A stretch of 64,000 nucleotides of DNA, from contig CAZRCG010000006.1 of the NCBI GenBank assembly GCA_964598565.1, positions 37,624-101,623 on the forward strand. The letters are read 5' to 3'. Each line of letters starts with the position of its first letter. The stretch's first letter is position 1. The stretch comes from an uncultured Bacteriovoracaceae bacterium. GTDB lineage: Bacteria > Bdellovibrionota > UBA2394. A model generated the notes under the pieces. It saw only the letters and a program-made list of their open reading frames with translations. It was not told the origin of the DNA and made no database searches. The position numbers were made by a program, and so were the translations under genes. Shown here in pieces: positions 1-9,646 of this stretch.

Positions 1-13
1 CGGCGCATCTGCC

Positions 14-1354
14 ATGATCAAACTCGAACTTACGATATCTGACCTGCAACTAGCGTCCCAAGGATACAGTGGCAGTCAAGCTCGTACCGATGAGATTACG
101 ACGCGACGACTCTTCGAAGCGGGAGCGATGGTCAAGCAAAGAATCTTGGGTGCCAGCCAAGCTGAAGCCATCGATGAAACAATGAGAATGACCCGGCTTC
201 ACTGGCTGGGTGGCAAACCCAATCCTGTTGTCGTTGCCTTTCACGGCCCCACGGGCACTGGAAAGACTTCGACTGCTATAGAAATTGCAGCGGCCGTATT
301 TCCAGGGGAAGAAGATGCCATTGAAATCATTCCATTATCGGAATATTCAGAAGCGCACTTAGGGACACGGCTCACCGGGGGCTCAGCGACTTATATTGGC
401 TACGATGACGAACCGCTCTTGCCGATGGTCATTCGACGTCGTGGTGGAAAAGAATTTGTACTGGTTTTGGATGAAATCGAAAAGGCCCATCGGGATGTGT
501 TGAGAAAGGTCATGCAGTTCATCGATACAGGAAGAATTCAAGATCAAAAGAGCCAGATCCACATAGCAGAAAAAATGTTGGTTGTAATGACGAGCAACCT
601 TGCCGACAAGACAATCGCGGGCTTTTTGCATCACAATCAACAATTAGCCCGAGATCTAGAAAGTGTTTTGGGTAGACCTCCAACGGCGGCGGAAAAGGCT
701 GCAGTGAATAGCCTTGATTACGTGCAAAGAGCGGCAGTGGTAGAGGAAGTTCGCCGTCATTTTGAAGAGGCCGTTTTTGCCAGAATTCAAGCTAACTTTA
801 TACTTCAGCCAGTCGACGATATCAAAAAACTCATGCAACAGAAGTTTTCAGCCGCGCTGAAAGACTTTCCACGGCTTAGAGAGCACGGCATCTCCGAACT
901 GGTGTTAGATGAATCAATGGAGAAACTACTTGAAAAACGGGCTTATTCGGCCTTCCTGGGAGTTCGGGGGACAAATTCTTATATGGCGAGATATCTCCTT
1001 GCAGAGGCTACTGAACTTTTAGATCCGAGAGGCGGCTTTCGCTACGCTCCTGGTGACAAACTGTCTTATCGAGTACAAAAGATAGGAGATATAGAATCAG
1101 GAGACGATCAAGTCGTGTTTGAAATAGTGAGCGCAACACAAGAAATAAAATTCTCTAAAGTGCTCTTTAGTGTTGCTGATATGCCTTATGTAGATGACCG
1201 CTTAAATCCAAGATTGATAAAAGCTCGAGAAACTATGGCTAGCATGGCCGCTGCAACTTCAGCGCAACAACCTCGCGCTGAAGGGCAAGCACCTGGGCCT
1301 GATGCACCGACCAATCCGAACACTCGAAATGATCCCGAAACGTTCACACCATAA
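14..1354 (+). CDS. ClpA/ClpB-family AAA+ ATPase (Clp D2-type module); frame is open back to the window edge, so the gene may be 5'-partial
   Basis: Walker A GPTGTGKT, Walker B VLVLDEIEKAH, Clp-D2-like HRDVLRKVMQFIDTGRIQD and MTSNL segment; N-terminal TISDLQLASQGYSG resembles the linker preceding D2 in ClpB; no in-frame stop between position 2 and the first ATG. Confidence 0.7.
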   Translation: MIKLELTISDLQLASQGYSGSQARTDEITTRRLFEAGAMVKQRILGASQAEAIDETMRMTRLHWLGGKPNPVVVAFHGPTGTGKTSTAIEIAAAVFPGEEDAIEIIPLSEYSEAHLGTRLTGGSATYIGYDDEPLLPMVIRRRGGKEFVLVLDEIEKAHRDVLRKVMQFIDTGRIQDQKSQIHIAEKMLVVMTSNLADKTIAGFLHHNQQLARDLESVLGRPPTAAEKAAVNSLDYVQRAAVVEEVRRHFEEAVFARIQANFILQPVDDIKKLMQQKFSAALKDFPRLREHGISELVLDESMEKLLEKRAYSAFLGVRGTNSYMARYLLAEATELLDPRGGFRYAPGDKLSYRVQKIGDIESGDDQVVFEIVSATQEIKFSKVLFSVADMPYVDDRLNPRLIKARETMASMAAATSAQQPRAEGQAPGPDAPTNPNTRNDPETFTP

Positions 1355-1362
1355 GGGGGCCT

Positions 1363-1381
1363 CCTGCCATCGCCTGGCAGG
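1363..1381. terminator. Hairpin (7-bp stem cctgcca/tggcagg, 5-nt loop) between convergent Clp-like ATPase and topA; candidate bidirectional terminator
   Basis: Perfect inverted repeat read directly from sequence, located in the 38-bp gap between two convergent stop codons. Confidence 0.4.
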
Positions 1382-1392
1382 TTCGCGAAACC

Positions 1393-4221
1393 TTATCTAC
1401 GCGCCTCAATAAGTTCGATGGCGCGTTCGAGGGTCAGGGTTTCGATGGTTTCGCCCTTGGGAATGGAGGCATTGACTTTGCCACACTTCACATAGGGCCC
1501 GTAGGGCCCATCAAAAATTTCGAGGGGCTTTTTTTCGAGAGGATGATCGCCGAGGGTTTTGAGGGCCTGTCGTTTGGTGCGACCACGGCCGCCTCCGCGG
1601 GTACGCTCTTCTTGGAAAATATCGAGGGCTCGCTGGAGTGATATATTCAAAACATTGTCTTCTTTTTTTAGCGAACGATATTCGGGCTTTTCAAGATCGC
1701 CTCCACTGCGCACGACATAGGGCCCGAAGCGGCCCAGGCCGGCCTTGACGGTGTGGCCCTCGGCGTTCTGGCCGAGAGTGCGCGGTAAATAAAGATAACC
1801 TAAGGCCTCCTCAAGCGTCAGATTGGCGGGGTTCACGCCCTTAGGTACAACGGAGCGCTTCACTTTGAATGCGAGCTCGGCAGTATCGGCAGGTTCTTCT
1901 TGTTTCTTTGGTGTCTGCGATGCTTTTTTTGATTTCGTTTTAGATTTCTTTTTGGGAGCAGCCGCATCGGCGTCTTCGGCTTCGCCCAATTGCAAATAGG
2001 GACCATAGCGACCCGTCATGGCGTAGACCTTCTTGCCACTTTGAGGATCGATGCCCAAATGGGGCGGGCCGTCTTTCTTCTGCTGAATCAGTTGATCAAG
2101 TACCGCTACGTCCACATCGGCGGGAGCGAGGTCTTCAGGAAGAGAGGCTCGAACTTCGACTCCCTCGGAGCCACCGGAAGCGGCCTCTCGCTTCGAAAAG
2201 TAAGGTCCAAACTTACCGATACGAAATTGAATATCAGGAAATTTTTCGAGAGCGACCGAACGAGACTCGTCGGGATCAATATGTTTTGATTGAGCCGCAA
2301 TTTGTGCTCGAAGACCTCGCTTGGGCTCGGAATAAAAATCTCTCAAAAACTGAAGATAAGGTTTTTTTCCCTCAGCAATATCGTCCAAGGTATCTTCCAT
2401 CTGGGCCGTAAATCGCAAATCAATGAGCTCATTAAAGTGCTTCTTCAATAAACGAGTGACGGCAAACGCGGTGAAGGTCGGCACAAGAGCATTGCCCCCA
2501 CGACGAACATAACCACGATCGATGATCGTCGAAATAATGGCGGCATAAGTGGACGGTCGACCGATGCCCTCTTTTTCAAGAGTTTGAATAAGCGTGGCCT
2601 CAGTGAATCGTGCCGGAGGTTTGGTCTCATGCTCCGTAACCTCGAGCTCTGAATGGACCAGATTTTGGCCCACTTTCAGTGCAGGCAGCAAAACTTCACG
2701 CTCTTCGAGCGCGGCGTCGGTATCATCCCGGCCTTCCACATAACAGCGTAAAAATCCTGGAAACAAAATGCGCGTGCCGGTGGCCTGAAACTCTGCCTCG
2801 CCCGCTCGAATAGAAACCGTGGTGGTCATCTGCTTGGAGTCTGCCATTTGCGTGGCCATGGTTCGTTTCCAAATCAAATCATAGAGCTGCATCTCGAGAC
2901 CCGACAAACCACTCTCACTGGCTGTTTTAAAATCGGAGCCCGCCGGTCGTATGGCTTCATGTGCTTCTTGCGCGCCTCGAGACTTCGATTGATATTGCCT
3001 TGGGCCATCGGAAAGAAAGTCGGCACCATAAAGTTTTTGAATCGCTCGCCTCGCACCATCGAGCGCCTCTTGCGACAGCGTCACCGAGTCGGTACGCATA
3101 TAGGTGATAAACCCTTTTTCGTAAAGACCCTGCGCCACTCTCATCGCTTCGCGCCCCGAAAGACCCAGCTTACGATTCGCCTCTTGCTGGAGGGTCGATG
3201 TAATAAAAGGCGGGGCCGGTTTTCGAGCAAAGGGCTTTTCTTGAAGATCGGCCACAGTAAATGATTGCGCCTTAAGCGATTGCTTCAGTGTCTCAGCTTC
3301 GGGCTTTAATAAGAGACGAATATCTTTGCCTTCAAAAAGTTTTCCGGTTTGTTCGTCAAAATCTTTTCCAGTGGCAATTCGCTGCTCATTTATTTTAACT
3401 AATTTGGCTTCGAAACTGGCGGCGTCTTTCTGAGGGTCCGATGGAGTTTTAGCCTGTGAGAGCGTCGCTAACATTCCACAATAGGACGCCTTCTTAAATC
3501 GCATGCGCTCTTCTTCACGCTCAACAATAAGGCGGGTCGCCACCGACTGAACACGACCTGCACTAAGACCATACGCAATTTTGGTCCATAAGAGCGGCGA
3601 AAGCGAATACCCATAAAGACGATCGAGTATACGACGAGACTCTTGGGCCTCAACCAGTTTACGATCGACCTCTCTAAAATTATTCAGCGAGTCTTCGATC
3701 GCCTTGCGAGTAATTTCGTGAAAGACCATTCGTTTCACCGGAATGGTCGGCTTTAAAACCTCGACCAAATGATGAGAGATACTTTCTCCTTCACGGTCCT
3801 CGTCGGTAGCGAGAATCAACTCATCGGCATCGCGCAAACATTCTTTTAAATGGCGAATCACTTTGGCCTTCGCCGACGGAATTACATAGAGAGGTGTGAA
3901 ATCGGAATCGACATTAATGCCGAGACTCGCCCACTTTTCTTTTTTGTATTTTTCAGGAATTTCTTTGGCCGATGCGGGCAGATCGCGAATATGCCCGACA
4001 CAAGCTTCTACATGAAAGCCGGGGGGCAAAAATTTCTTGATGGTCTTAGCTTTCGTCGGTGATTCGACGATGACAAAGACTCGTTTGGCGCCGCGAGAAC
4101 TTGGTGTGGGGGCTGCCACGGATTTTTTTTGAGATGGAGAACTCTCGGTTTGAAGAGATTCCGCTTTTGGTTTTTTAGATTTTGTAGTTCGTTTTGTCAT
4201 TCTATTGTCATTGCTTCCCAA
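1393..4221 (-). CDS. topA: DNA topoisomerase I with C-terminal zinc-ribbon repeats and lysine-rich tail
   Basis: N-terminal TOPRIM VFVIVESPTKAKTIKKFL, central topo IA core, 942 aa, C-terminal KKKSKTKSKK basic tail. Confidence 0.95.
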   Translation of the reverse strand: MGSNDNRMTKRTTKSKKPKAESLQTESSPSQKKSVAAPTPSSRGAKRVFVIVESPTKAKTIKKFLPPGFHVEACVGHIRDLPASAKEIPEKYKKEKWASLGINVDSDFTPLYVIPSAKAKVIRHLKECLRDADELILATDEDREGESISHHLVEVLKPTIPVKRMVFHEITRKAIEDSLNNFREVDRKLVEAQESRRILDRLYGYSLSPLLWTKIAYGLSAGRVQSVATRLIVEREEERMRFKKASYCGMLATLSQAKTPSDPQKDAASFEAKLVKINEQRIATGKDFDEQTGKLFEGKDIRLLLKPEAETLKQSLKAQSFTVADLQEKPFARKPAPPFITSTLQQEANRKLGLSGREAMRVAQGLYEKGFITYMRTDSVTLSQEALDGARRAIQKLYGADFLSDGPRQYQSKSRGAQEAHEAIRPAGSDFKTASESGLSGLEMQLYDLIWKRTMATQMADSKQMTTTVSIRAGEAEFQATGTRILFPGFLRCYVEGRDDTDAALEEREVLLPALKVGQNLVHSELEVTEHETKPPARFTEATLIQTLEKEGIGRPSTYAAIISTIIDRGYVRRGGNALVPTFTAFAVTRLLKKHFNELIDLRFTAQMEDTLDDIAEGKKPYLQFLRDFYSEPKRGLRAQIAAQSKHIDPDESRSVALEKFPDIQFRIGKFGPYFSKREAASGGSEGVEVRASLPEDLAPADVDVAVLDQLIQQKKDGPPHLGIDPQSGKKVYAMTGRYGPYLQLGEAEDADAAAPKKKSKTKSKKASQTPKKQEEPADTAELAFKVKRSVVPKGVNPANLTLEEALGYLYLPRTLGQNAEGHTVKAGLGRFGPYVVRSGGDLEKPEYRSLKKEDNVLNISLQRALDIFQEERTRGGGRGRTKRQALKTLGDHPLEKKPLEIFDGPYGPYVKCGKVNASIPKGETIETLTLERAIELIEARR

Positions 4222-4339
4222 GATTCCTTAACTATTGTGAATCATTTCTCATTTCTTACAAGAAATTCAAAATGACAAGCATTCGAATGCTGTAAATCAT
4301 GCTTGATCTTTTATTCGTTTAGCGTCCAGAGTCACTCGC

Positions 4340-5881
4340 GTGACAGAAAAACCGTTGACACCCCTTTCAGCGTCATGGCCTGAGCTGGCTGCAAACTACG
4401 ATGTCGTCGTCATTGGAGCGGGACTCGCAGGGTCGGAGGCTGCGCTTCGCATTGCGGCAGAAGGTCGTCGCGTTTTATTGCTCGAGCAGAAACCTCAACG
4501 CTTTTCACCTGCCCACCGATTACCGGGAGCTGCAGAGTTAGTTTGCAGCAACAGCTTTAAATCGCTCGAGACGCGCTCAGCACATGGTCTGATGAAAGAA
4601 GAACTCAGGCGACTAGGCTCGCCCTTACTCAAATTGGCTCTTCAGTCTCGAGTTCCAGGCGGAAAAGCCTTGGCCGTGCATCGAGAGGCCTTTAGTGAGG
4701 CTGCTGAACATGCGATTTCTTCTCATTCGTTCATCACAAAGATGGGGCTAGAGGTGAAAGAGATTCCTCGTGTGCCAATTCCTGTCATTATTGCCAGCGG
4801 CCCTCTCACGTCGGATGCTCTGGCACAAGATCTCTGCCGACATCTGGGGGATGAATCACTTTATTTTTACGATGCCACCGCCCCGGTTGTGAGCTTGGAT
4901 TCTCTCGATCTTGATTTCTTCTTTTGGGGGAATCGCCATCAGGACGGACAAGACTATCTAAACTTGCCGTTAACGCAAAGTGAGTATCATTATTTTCGAG
5001 AGCAACTTTTGAAAGCAGAGAAAATGGAATCGCATATGACGGACGAACTTCGATTTTTCGAAGGCTGCCTGCCCGTCGAAGAACTCGCCTCACGCGGCGA
5101 AGAAACCTTGGCCTACAGCTGCATGCGTCCCGTGGGTCTTTCGATGAGCGAATGGCCATCCCCTCGGCGCGAGGCCTTTGCCCCTCGTTACCAGGCCCAT
5201 GCCGTGATTCAATTTCGTCGCGAACGAGCCAGTGGGGAGCTTCTCAATATGGTGGGCTTTCAAACCCGCATGAAGTGGCCCGAGCAGCAGCGCGTATTTC
5301 GAGAACTTCCGGGTATGGGCTCGGCGGATTTTGTTCGCCTTGGAGCGATGCATCGCAATACGTTTGTCAATACACCGAAGCATTGCCGCGATCATCTCGA
5401 ACTTAAAAATCTCGAAAGCTCGACGCTTGGCCCCGTATTTGTTGCCGGGCAAATTTCTGGGTCTGAAGGTTATACGGAGGCGATTGCCTCGGGCCATTAT
5501 GTCGCCCTTCGCGTGCTGGGGTATCCTTGTCTGCCTGAAACCTCGTGTTTAAGGTCGATGGTGCGCTTTCTTATAGAATCAGATTCTCGGTATTTTCAGC
5601 CCATGAATTTTAATTTTGGTCTCTTACCTTCGTCTCCCCCTGAAAGCCACGCTAACGCTACAATAAAAGAAGGGTCGCCTGCTGGCCGACCCCCGAAGAG
5701 GCGAAAACTCTCTAAAGCAGAGCGCATTGCCGAACGCGTGGAGTGCAGCCTGGGAGACTTAGATACGTGGATTTTAAGTCATTTCAAAGAGCCATTGAAA
5801 ACTACCTTAACGACGCAGTGGCCTTCGAACGATTTAGCCCCCATAGTCACCGAGCACGATGCACAGATCTTAAGCGCTTAG
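4340..5881 (+). CDS. trmFO: Methylenetetrahydrofolate--tRNA-(uracil-5-)-methyltransferase TrmFO (Gid), with extended C-terminal tail
   Basis: FAD-binding N-terminus YDVVVIGAGLAGSEAA, conserved FQPMNFNFGLLP near C-terminus; GTG start; 3' end overlaps the xerC reading frame. Confidence 0.9.
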   Translation: MTEKPLTPLSASWPELAANYDVVVIGAGLAGSEAALRIAAEGRRVLLLEQKPQRFSPAHRLPGAAELVCSNSFKSLETRSAHGLMKEELRRLGSPLLKLALQSRVPGGKALAVHREAFSEAAEHAISSHSFITKMGLEVKEIPRVPIPVIIASGPLTSDALAQDLCRHLGDESLYFYDATAPVVSLDSLDLDFFFWGNRHQDGQDYLNLPLTQSEYHYFREQLLKAEKMESHMTDELRFFEGCLPVEELASRGEETLAYSCMRPVGLSMSEWPSPRREAFAPRYQAHAVIQFRRERASGELLNMVGFQTRMKWPEQQRVFRELPGMGSADFVRLGAMHRNTFVNTPKHCRDHLELKNLESSTLGPVFVAGQISGSEGYTEAIASGHYVALRVLGYPCLPETSCLRSMVRFLIESDSRYFQPMNFNFGLLPSSPPESHANATIKEGSPAGRPPKRRKLSKAERIAERVECSLGDLDTWILSHFKEPLKTTLTTQWPSNDLAPIVTEHDAQILSA

Positions 5882-6678
5882 AAAATTTTTTAGAGGGCCA
5901 GCCTCTCTGCGTTAACATCTGGAATAAATTTTGCCACCATATTTCAAAAACCCTTTCGATAAACTCTCAAAAGAGAGCCTACTCGACATATCGAGTATTT
6001 TTTCAAAGCCTGAAGGCGCGTAATCGCCAGATCGATTTACCTCGACTAGAGATTCCTAAACTCCGTGGGCATCGAAAATTACCGCGTACGCTCAGCTACG
6101 ATGAAGTGGCCGAGACTTTAAGCGCTGAATCTAAGGTACAGCTTTTTGTGGAATTTCTTTATGCGACGGGGGCACGTGTTTCTGAGGCCTGTCATGCTCA
6201 GTGGTCCGATCTGGAGATGAATCCCCCCTCGATCCGACTCTATGGCAAAGGCCGGAAATGGCGAATCTGTCCGCTGCCAAAATCTCTGGTCGAGCGATTG
6301 CAAGAAGCGCGCAAAATTTGGGATGAAACTATTCGAGGTACCCCTTCGCGCAGTGGCACTTCGACCCTACAAAGCCAGGCGATGCCTGTCGTGAATCGCT
6401 ATATTTTTTCGTCTCAGAGAGATCCCGCGAAGCCGCTGTCAGATCGTTGGGTACGTAAACAACTTCGAGACCTTTCGCTAAAGATTTCGCACAAAAAGCA
6501 TTTGCATCCTCACCTCTTTCGGCATTCGATTGCCACCCACCTTCTAGATGCCGGGGCCCATCTTCGTTTCATTCAAGACATCTTGGGCCATGCATCGCTC
6601 TCGACCACTCAAAAATATCTGAATGTTTCGAAACAGCGGCTTATGGAAGTTTTCGATCGCTTTCATCCACGAGCTTAA
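5743..6678 (+). CDS. xerC: Tyrosine site-specific recombinase, XerC/XerD family (start uncertain, probably a GTG around 5767)
   Basis: Catalytic-domain motifs LYATGARVSEA, HLFRHSIATHLLDAGAHLRFIQDILGHASLSTTQKYL; N-terminal core-binding-like region; sits in the conserved topA-trmFO-xerC arrangement. Confidence 0.85.
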   Translation: MQPGRLRYVDFKSFQRAIENYLNDAVAFERFSPHSHRARCTDLKRLENFLEGQPLCVNIWNKFCHHISKTLSINSQKRAYSTYRVFFQSLKARNRQIDLPRLEIPKLRGHRKLPRTLSYDEVAETLSAESKVQLFVEFLYATGARVSEACHAQWSDLEMNPPSIRLYGKGRKWRICPLPKSLVERLQEARKIWDETIRGTPSRSGTSTLQSQAMPVVNRYIFSSQRDPAKPLSDRWVRKQLRDLSLKISHKKHLHPHLFRHSIATHLLDAGAHLRFIQDILGHASLSTTQKYLNVSKQRLMEVFDRFHPRA

Positions 6679-6763
6679 CGTTGAGATTACTATCGGGCTT
6701 CACGTTAAACCTAACGCTCAGCTTAACGCTGTCTTTTTTCACGATCATCGATAAAATCATTCT

Positions 6764-7780
6764 GTGGGGTCTGATCATACGCCAACCAATTCGGAGTCAA
6801 TGAAGAGCACAACTATTGACGGCAATGCCATTGAAAAGCAACTTGACGAAGACGACAAAGTTCCTGAACTAAAAAAAATTGATCGAGATTTTAGACGCAT
6901 GATTTTGCTGAGCCTCGCGAAGGCAAACGATGATAATCCGTATCTCATCCTCGACTTAAAGGTAGGCGTTTCGATTGAAACCGTTCGTTTGCGCTACCAC
7001 GATCTTTCTCGGTCGCTCCATCCTGATAAGCATTACCGTAAGGAACTTGGCCCCTACAAGCGCAAGCTCGAAAGTTTGTTCAGTCGCATTCAGAAGGCTT
7101 ACTCCAAACTGAAAGACCCCTACTCTAAGGAAGCTCTCGATAAACTTCTGAAGCTTAAAGATACACCGGCCAAAACCAGACCGATTCAAGGCGACGGCTC
7201 CACGTTCAAAGCCTCGTCCAAGCCGAAGCCACCCACGCAGTTATCGAAAGAGATGGAGCGATGGGGAAAAGCAGAAGCCGCTTACAAGAAGGGCCTTGAT
7301 TTTGAAAAGAACGGCTTTGCTTGGGACGCTTATATGCATTTTGTAGAGGCCGTCAAATTAGAACCTAAACGAGACACTTATAAGGCGGCTCACCAAAGAA
7401 TTCAAGCCGCCGCCTTTCGAGAGAGATCTCAAAGAGAAATTCAAGAATTGAAAAATGAGATTACTTCCTCAGGCGCTTCTCAGGCCATTTTGCGAAAATC
7501 GGAAGAACTCTTGCGACTCGAACCAGAGTCTCTGGATGCTAAAATTATTTTTAGTCGATGTATTGTCGAACGAAAAATGGAAGATCGCTACCACGAAGCC
7601 GAAGTCTTGTTGCAACGCTTAAAGTCGGCTCGTCCGCAAGATAGTGATCCGTGCTTATGGCTTGCACGGCTTTATGAAAATCGGGGCGAGAAAAAGGCGG
7701 CTATGAAAGAAGCTAAAGAGGCTCTGAATAGAAATCCAAAAAACTCGTCGGCTGAAAAACTCATTCAGCGATTGAAATAA
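6764..7780 (+). CDS. J-domain (DnaJ-like) co-chaperone with TPR-like C-terminal repeats
   Basis: J-domain with HPD tripeptide (LSRSLHPDKH); helical repeat-rich C-terminal half; not a canonical DnaJ (no Gly/Phe or zinc-finger region). Confidence 0.75.
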   Translation: MGSDHTPTNSESMKSTTIDGNAIEKQLDEDDKVPELKKIDRDFRRMILLSLAKANDDNPYLILDLKVGVSIETVRLRYHDLSRSLHPDKHYRKELGPYKRKLESLFSRIQKAYSKLKDPYSKEALDKLLKLKDTPAKTRPIQGDGSTFKASSKPKPPTQLSKEMERWGKAEAAYKKGLDFEKNGFAWDAYMHFVEAVKLEPKRDTYKAAHQRIQAAAFRERSQREIQELKNEITSSGASQAILRKSEELLRLEPESLDAKIIFSRCIVERKMEDRYHEAEVLLQRLKSARPQDSDPCLWLARLYENRGEKKAAMKEAKEALNRNPKNSSAEKLIQRLK

Positions 7781-8041
7781 ACTAGGGTAAAATGGGCCTA
7801 TCACCGATCTCCCGTTCGGTGCACCTCGACGCCAAAAACGAAACCTGCATCCTTGACTGCCTATCGCCTACCGCGCGAAAAGTTCTTAAGCCGTGGCGCA
7901 GTGCATTGATCTGTCGAAATGGCACCTCTTGCGGCGCTGGCTCTTGACGTCTTTGAGTCTCGAAGACTTTAAGTCGTAACGACTTTCACTCATGAGGACT
8001 TTTTGAGAGATTTCAACTGGCATCGGCGTTAAACTGAAAGC

Positions 8042-9646
8042 GTGTCAGAGATCGTTTTGGGTATTGATTTAGGAACGACCTATTCTTGTGTGGCGATAGC
8101 CGACAAAGATGGGCCCAGAGTTATTGAGCAACATGGAGGCTATCGCACCTTTCCTTCCGTCGTGGCCTTCACGGCCAATGGGTCTAAACTCATTGGTCAT
8201 ATTGCCAAGCGCCAATCGATTACGAATGCTGAAAATACGGTCTACTCCGCGAAGCGGCTAATCGGGCGAGGCTTCGAGGCTCCCGAGGTGCAAAAGGCAA
8301 TAAAATCGGTGCCCTATAAAATTGTTCAAGGCCCCAATAGAGATCCGAGAATATCTATTTTTGGCCGCAATCATCCAATCTCTGAAATTTCGGCGCTCAT
8401 TTTAAAGCAAATTAAAGAGATCGCCGAGGAGAGTCTTCACACCAAAATAGATAAGGCCGTGATTACCGTGCCAGCCTATTTTTCAGATGGTCAGAGGCAG
8501 GCAACCAAAGACGCAGGTTTCATTGCCGGCCTCGAGGTGCTGCGTATTATCAATGAACCTACGGCGGCGGCTCTTGCCTTCGGATACAAGCGTCGTATGG
8601 ACAAAAAGATTGTGGTTTACGATTTGGGTGGGGGTACGTTTGATGTTTCAATACTCGATATTTCTCGCGATACCTTCGAAGTATTGGCGACCGCAGGAAA
8701 TACCTTTCTGGGTGGAGAAGACTTTGATCAACGACTTATCGATTTTATTTCGAAATCGTTTGAAGCAGACCATGGCATTTCACTGAAAGATGATCGAATG
8801 GCCCTTCAGCGTCTGAAAGATGCTGCTGAAACCGCTAAGAGCCAGCTGTCGACTCTGCTTGAGACCGAAGTGAACTTACCCTTTCTCATTACCATCAACG
8901 GTGAGGCGAAACATTTGAAGATGACGCTTCATCGACTTGATCTTGAGCGAATCACTCAAGACTTGGTCGATGAAACTATCCGCATTTGTCGGGACGCCCT
9001 CGATATGGCAGCTCTCAAAGTGGGAGAAATCGATGATGTTTTGTTGGTGGGGGGTATGACTCGCATGCCGTTGGTTCAGCAAAAGGTGCGGGAATTCTTT
9101 GAACGCGTTCCATCGAAAAATATTCATCCGGATGAGGCTGTAGCTCTTGGGGCCGCCATTATGGGCGCCACTCTTCTAGAAGAAGAAATGCCTGTGACTC
9201 TTCTCGATGTGACTCCCTTCAGTTTGGGTATTCGAACAGCCGGTGGTTATACCAACTTTCTGATACCCAAAAATTCGACCATTCCGACCGAAGCCAGTCA
9301 TGTCTTTACGACGGTGAGCGAGGGGCAGACATCGGTGAAAATTCAGGTCCTGCAGGGTGAAAGCAAAGTCGCCATCGACAATATTTTACTGGGAGAATTC
9401 ACGCTCACTGATATTCCTCCCCTAAAAGCGGGAGAGCCTGAAATTAATGTGATTTTTAGCATCGATTCAAATGGTATTGTTCATGCGTCAGCGCAAGATA
9501 TGAAAACCATGAAAGAGCAATCGATTATGGTCACCTCAAAGTCGAGCTTAACCGAAGAAGAGCGAGATGAAATTGCCGAACGCTTTAACAGCGATAACGA
9601 TATGGGCGTCACTGAGAAAGTGGGACGACCTGAAGGCTCACAATGA
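8042..9646 (+). CDS. Hsp70-family chaperone, short-lid HscC-like type
   Basis: IDLGTTYS, DLGGGTFDVSIL, VGGMTRMPLVQQKV motifs; 534 aa, i.e. nucleotide-binding domain plus beta substrate-binding domain but truncated helical lid; GTG start. Confidence 0.85.
   Translation: MSEIVLGIDLGTTYSCVAIADKDGPRVIEQHGGYRTFPSVVAFTANGSKLIGHIAKRQSITNAENTVYSAKRLIGRGFEAPEVQKAIKSVPYKIVQGPNRDPRISIFGRNHPISEISALILKQIKEIAEESLHTKIDKAVITVPAYFSDGQRQATKDAGFIAGLEVLRIINEPTAAALAFGYKRRMDKKIVVYDLGGGTFDVSILDISRDTFEVLATAGNTFLGGEDFDQRLIDFISKSFEADHGISLKDDRMALQRLKDAAETAKSQLSTLLETEVNLPFLITINGEAKHLKMTLHRLDLERITQDLVDETIRICRDALDMAALKVGEIDDVLLVGGMTRMPLVQQKVREFFERVPSKNIHPDEAVALGAAIMGATLLEEEMPVTLLDVTPFSLGIRTAGGYTNFLIPKNSTIPTEASHVFTTVSEGQTSVKIQVLQGESKVAIDNILLGEFTLTDIPPLKAGEPEINVIFSIDSNGIVHASAQDMKTMKEQSIMVTSKSSLTEEERDEIAERFNSDNDMGVTEKVGRPEGSQ

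Noticed and set aside
1990-3264. Short ORFs nested within or antisense to topA (1990-2289, 2106-2300, 2848-3264 and similar); likewise 11520-11939 inside the TolC-like gene, 26814-27311 inside the M23 gene, 32108-32665 inside gspD, 61317-61814 inside relA/spoT
   Set aside because: They are wholly contained in well-supported conserved CDSs in another frame or strand, have low-complexity or Arg-rich translations typical of out-of-frame reading of GC-rich codons, and carry no recognisable motifs.
4331-4344. Palindrome GTCAC-TCGC-GTGAC overlapping the trmFO GTG start as a possible operator
   Set aside because: Only 5-bp arms; too short to distinguish from chance in a 64-kb window, and no second copy noticed.
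5743-6678. Tyrosine recombinase as the integrase of a mobile element or genomic island
   Set aside because: It sits in the conserved housekeeping topA-trmFO-xerC neighbourhood, has the Xer-type N-terminal core-binding region, and is not adjacent to a tRNA, direct repeats or phage-like genes; it is most likely the chromosome-dimer-resolution recombinase.
7920-7932. Sigma-54-like promoter element (TGGCAC ... TTGC) upstream of the Hsp70 gene
   Set aside because: The spacer between TGGCAC and TTGC is only 3 nt instead of the 5 nt needed for the -24/-12 geometry, so it does not fit the consensus.
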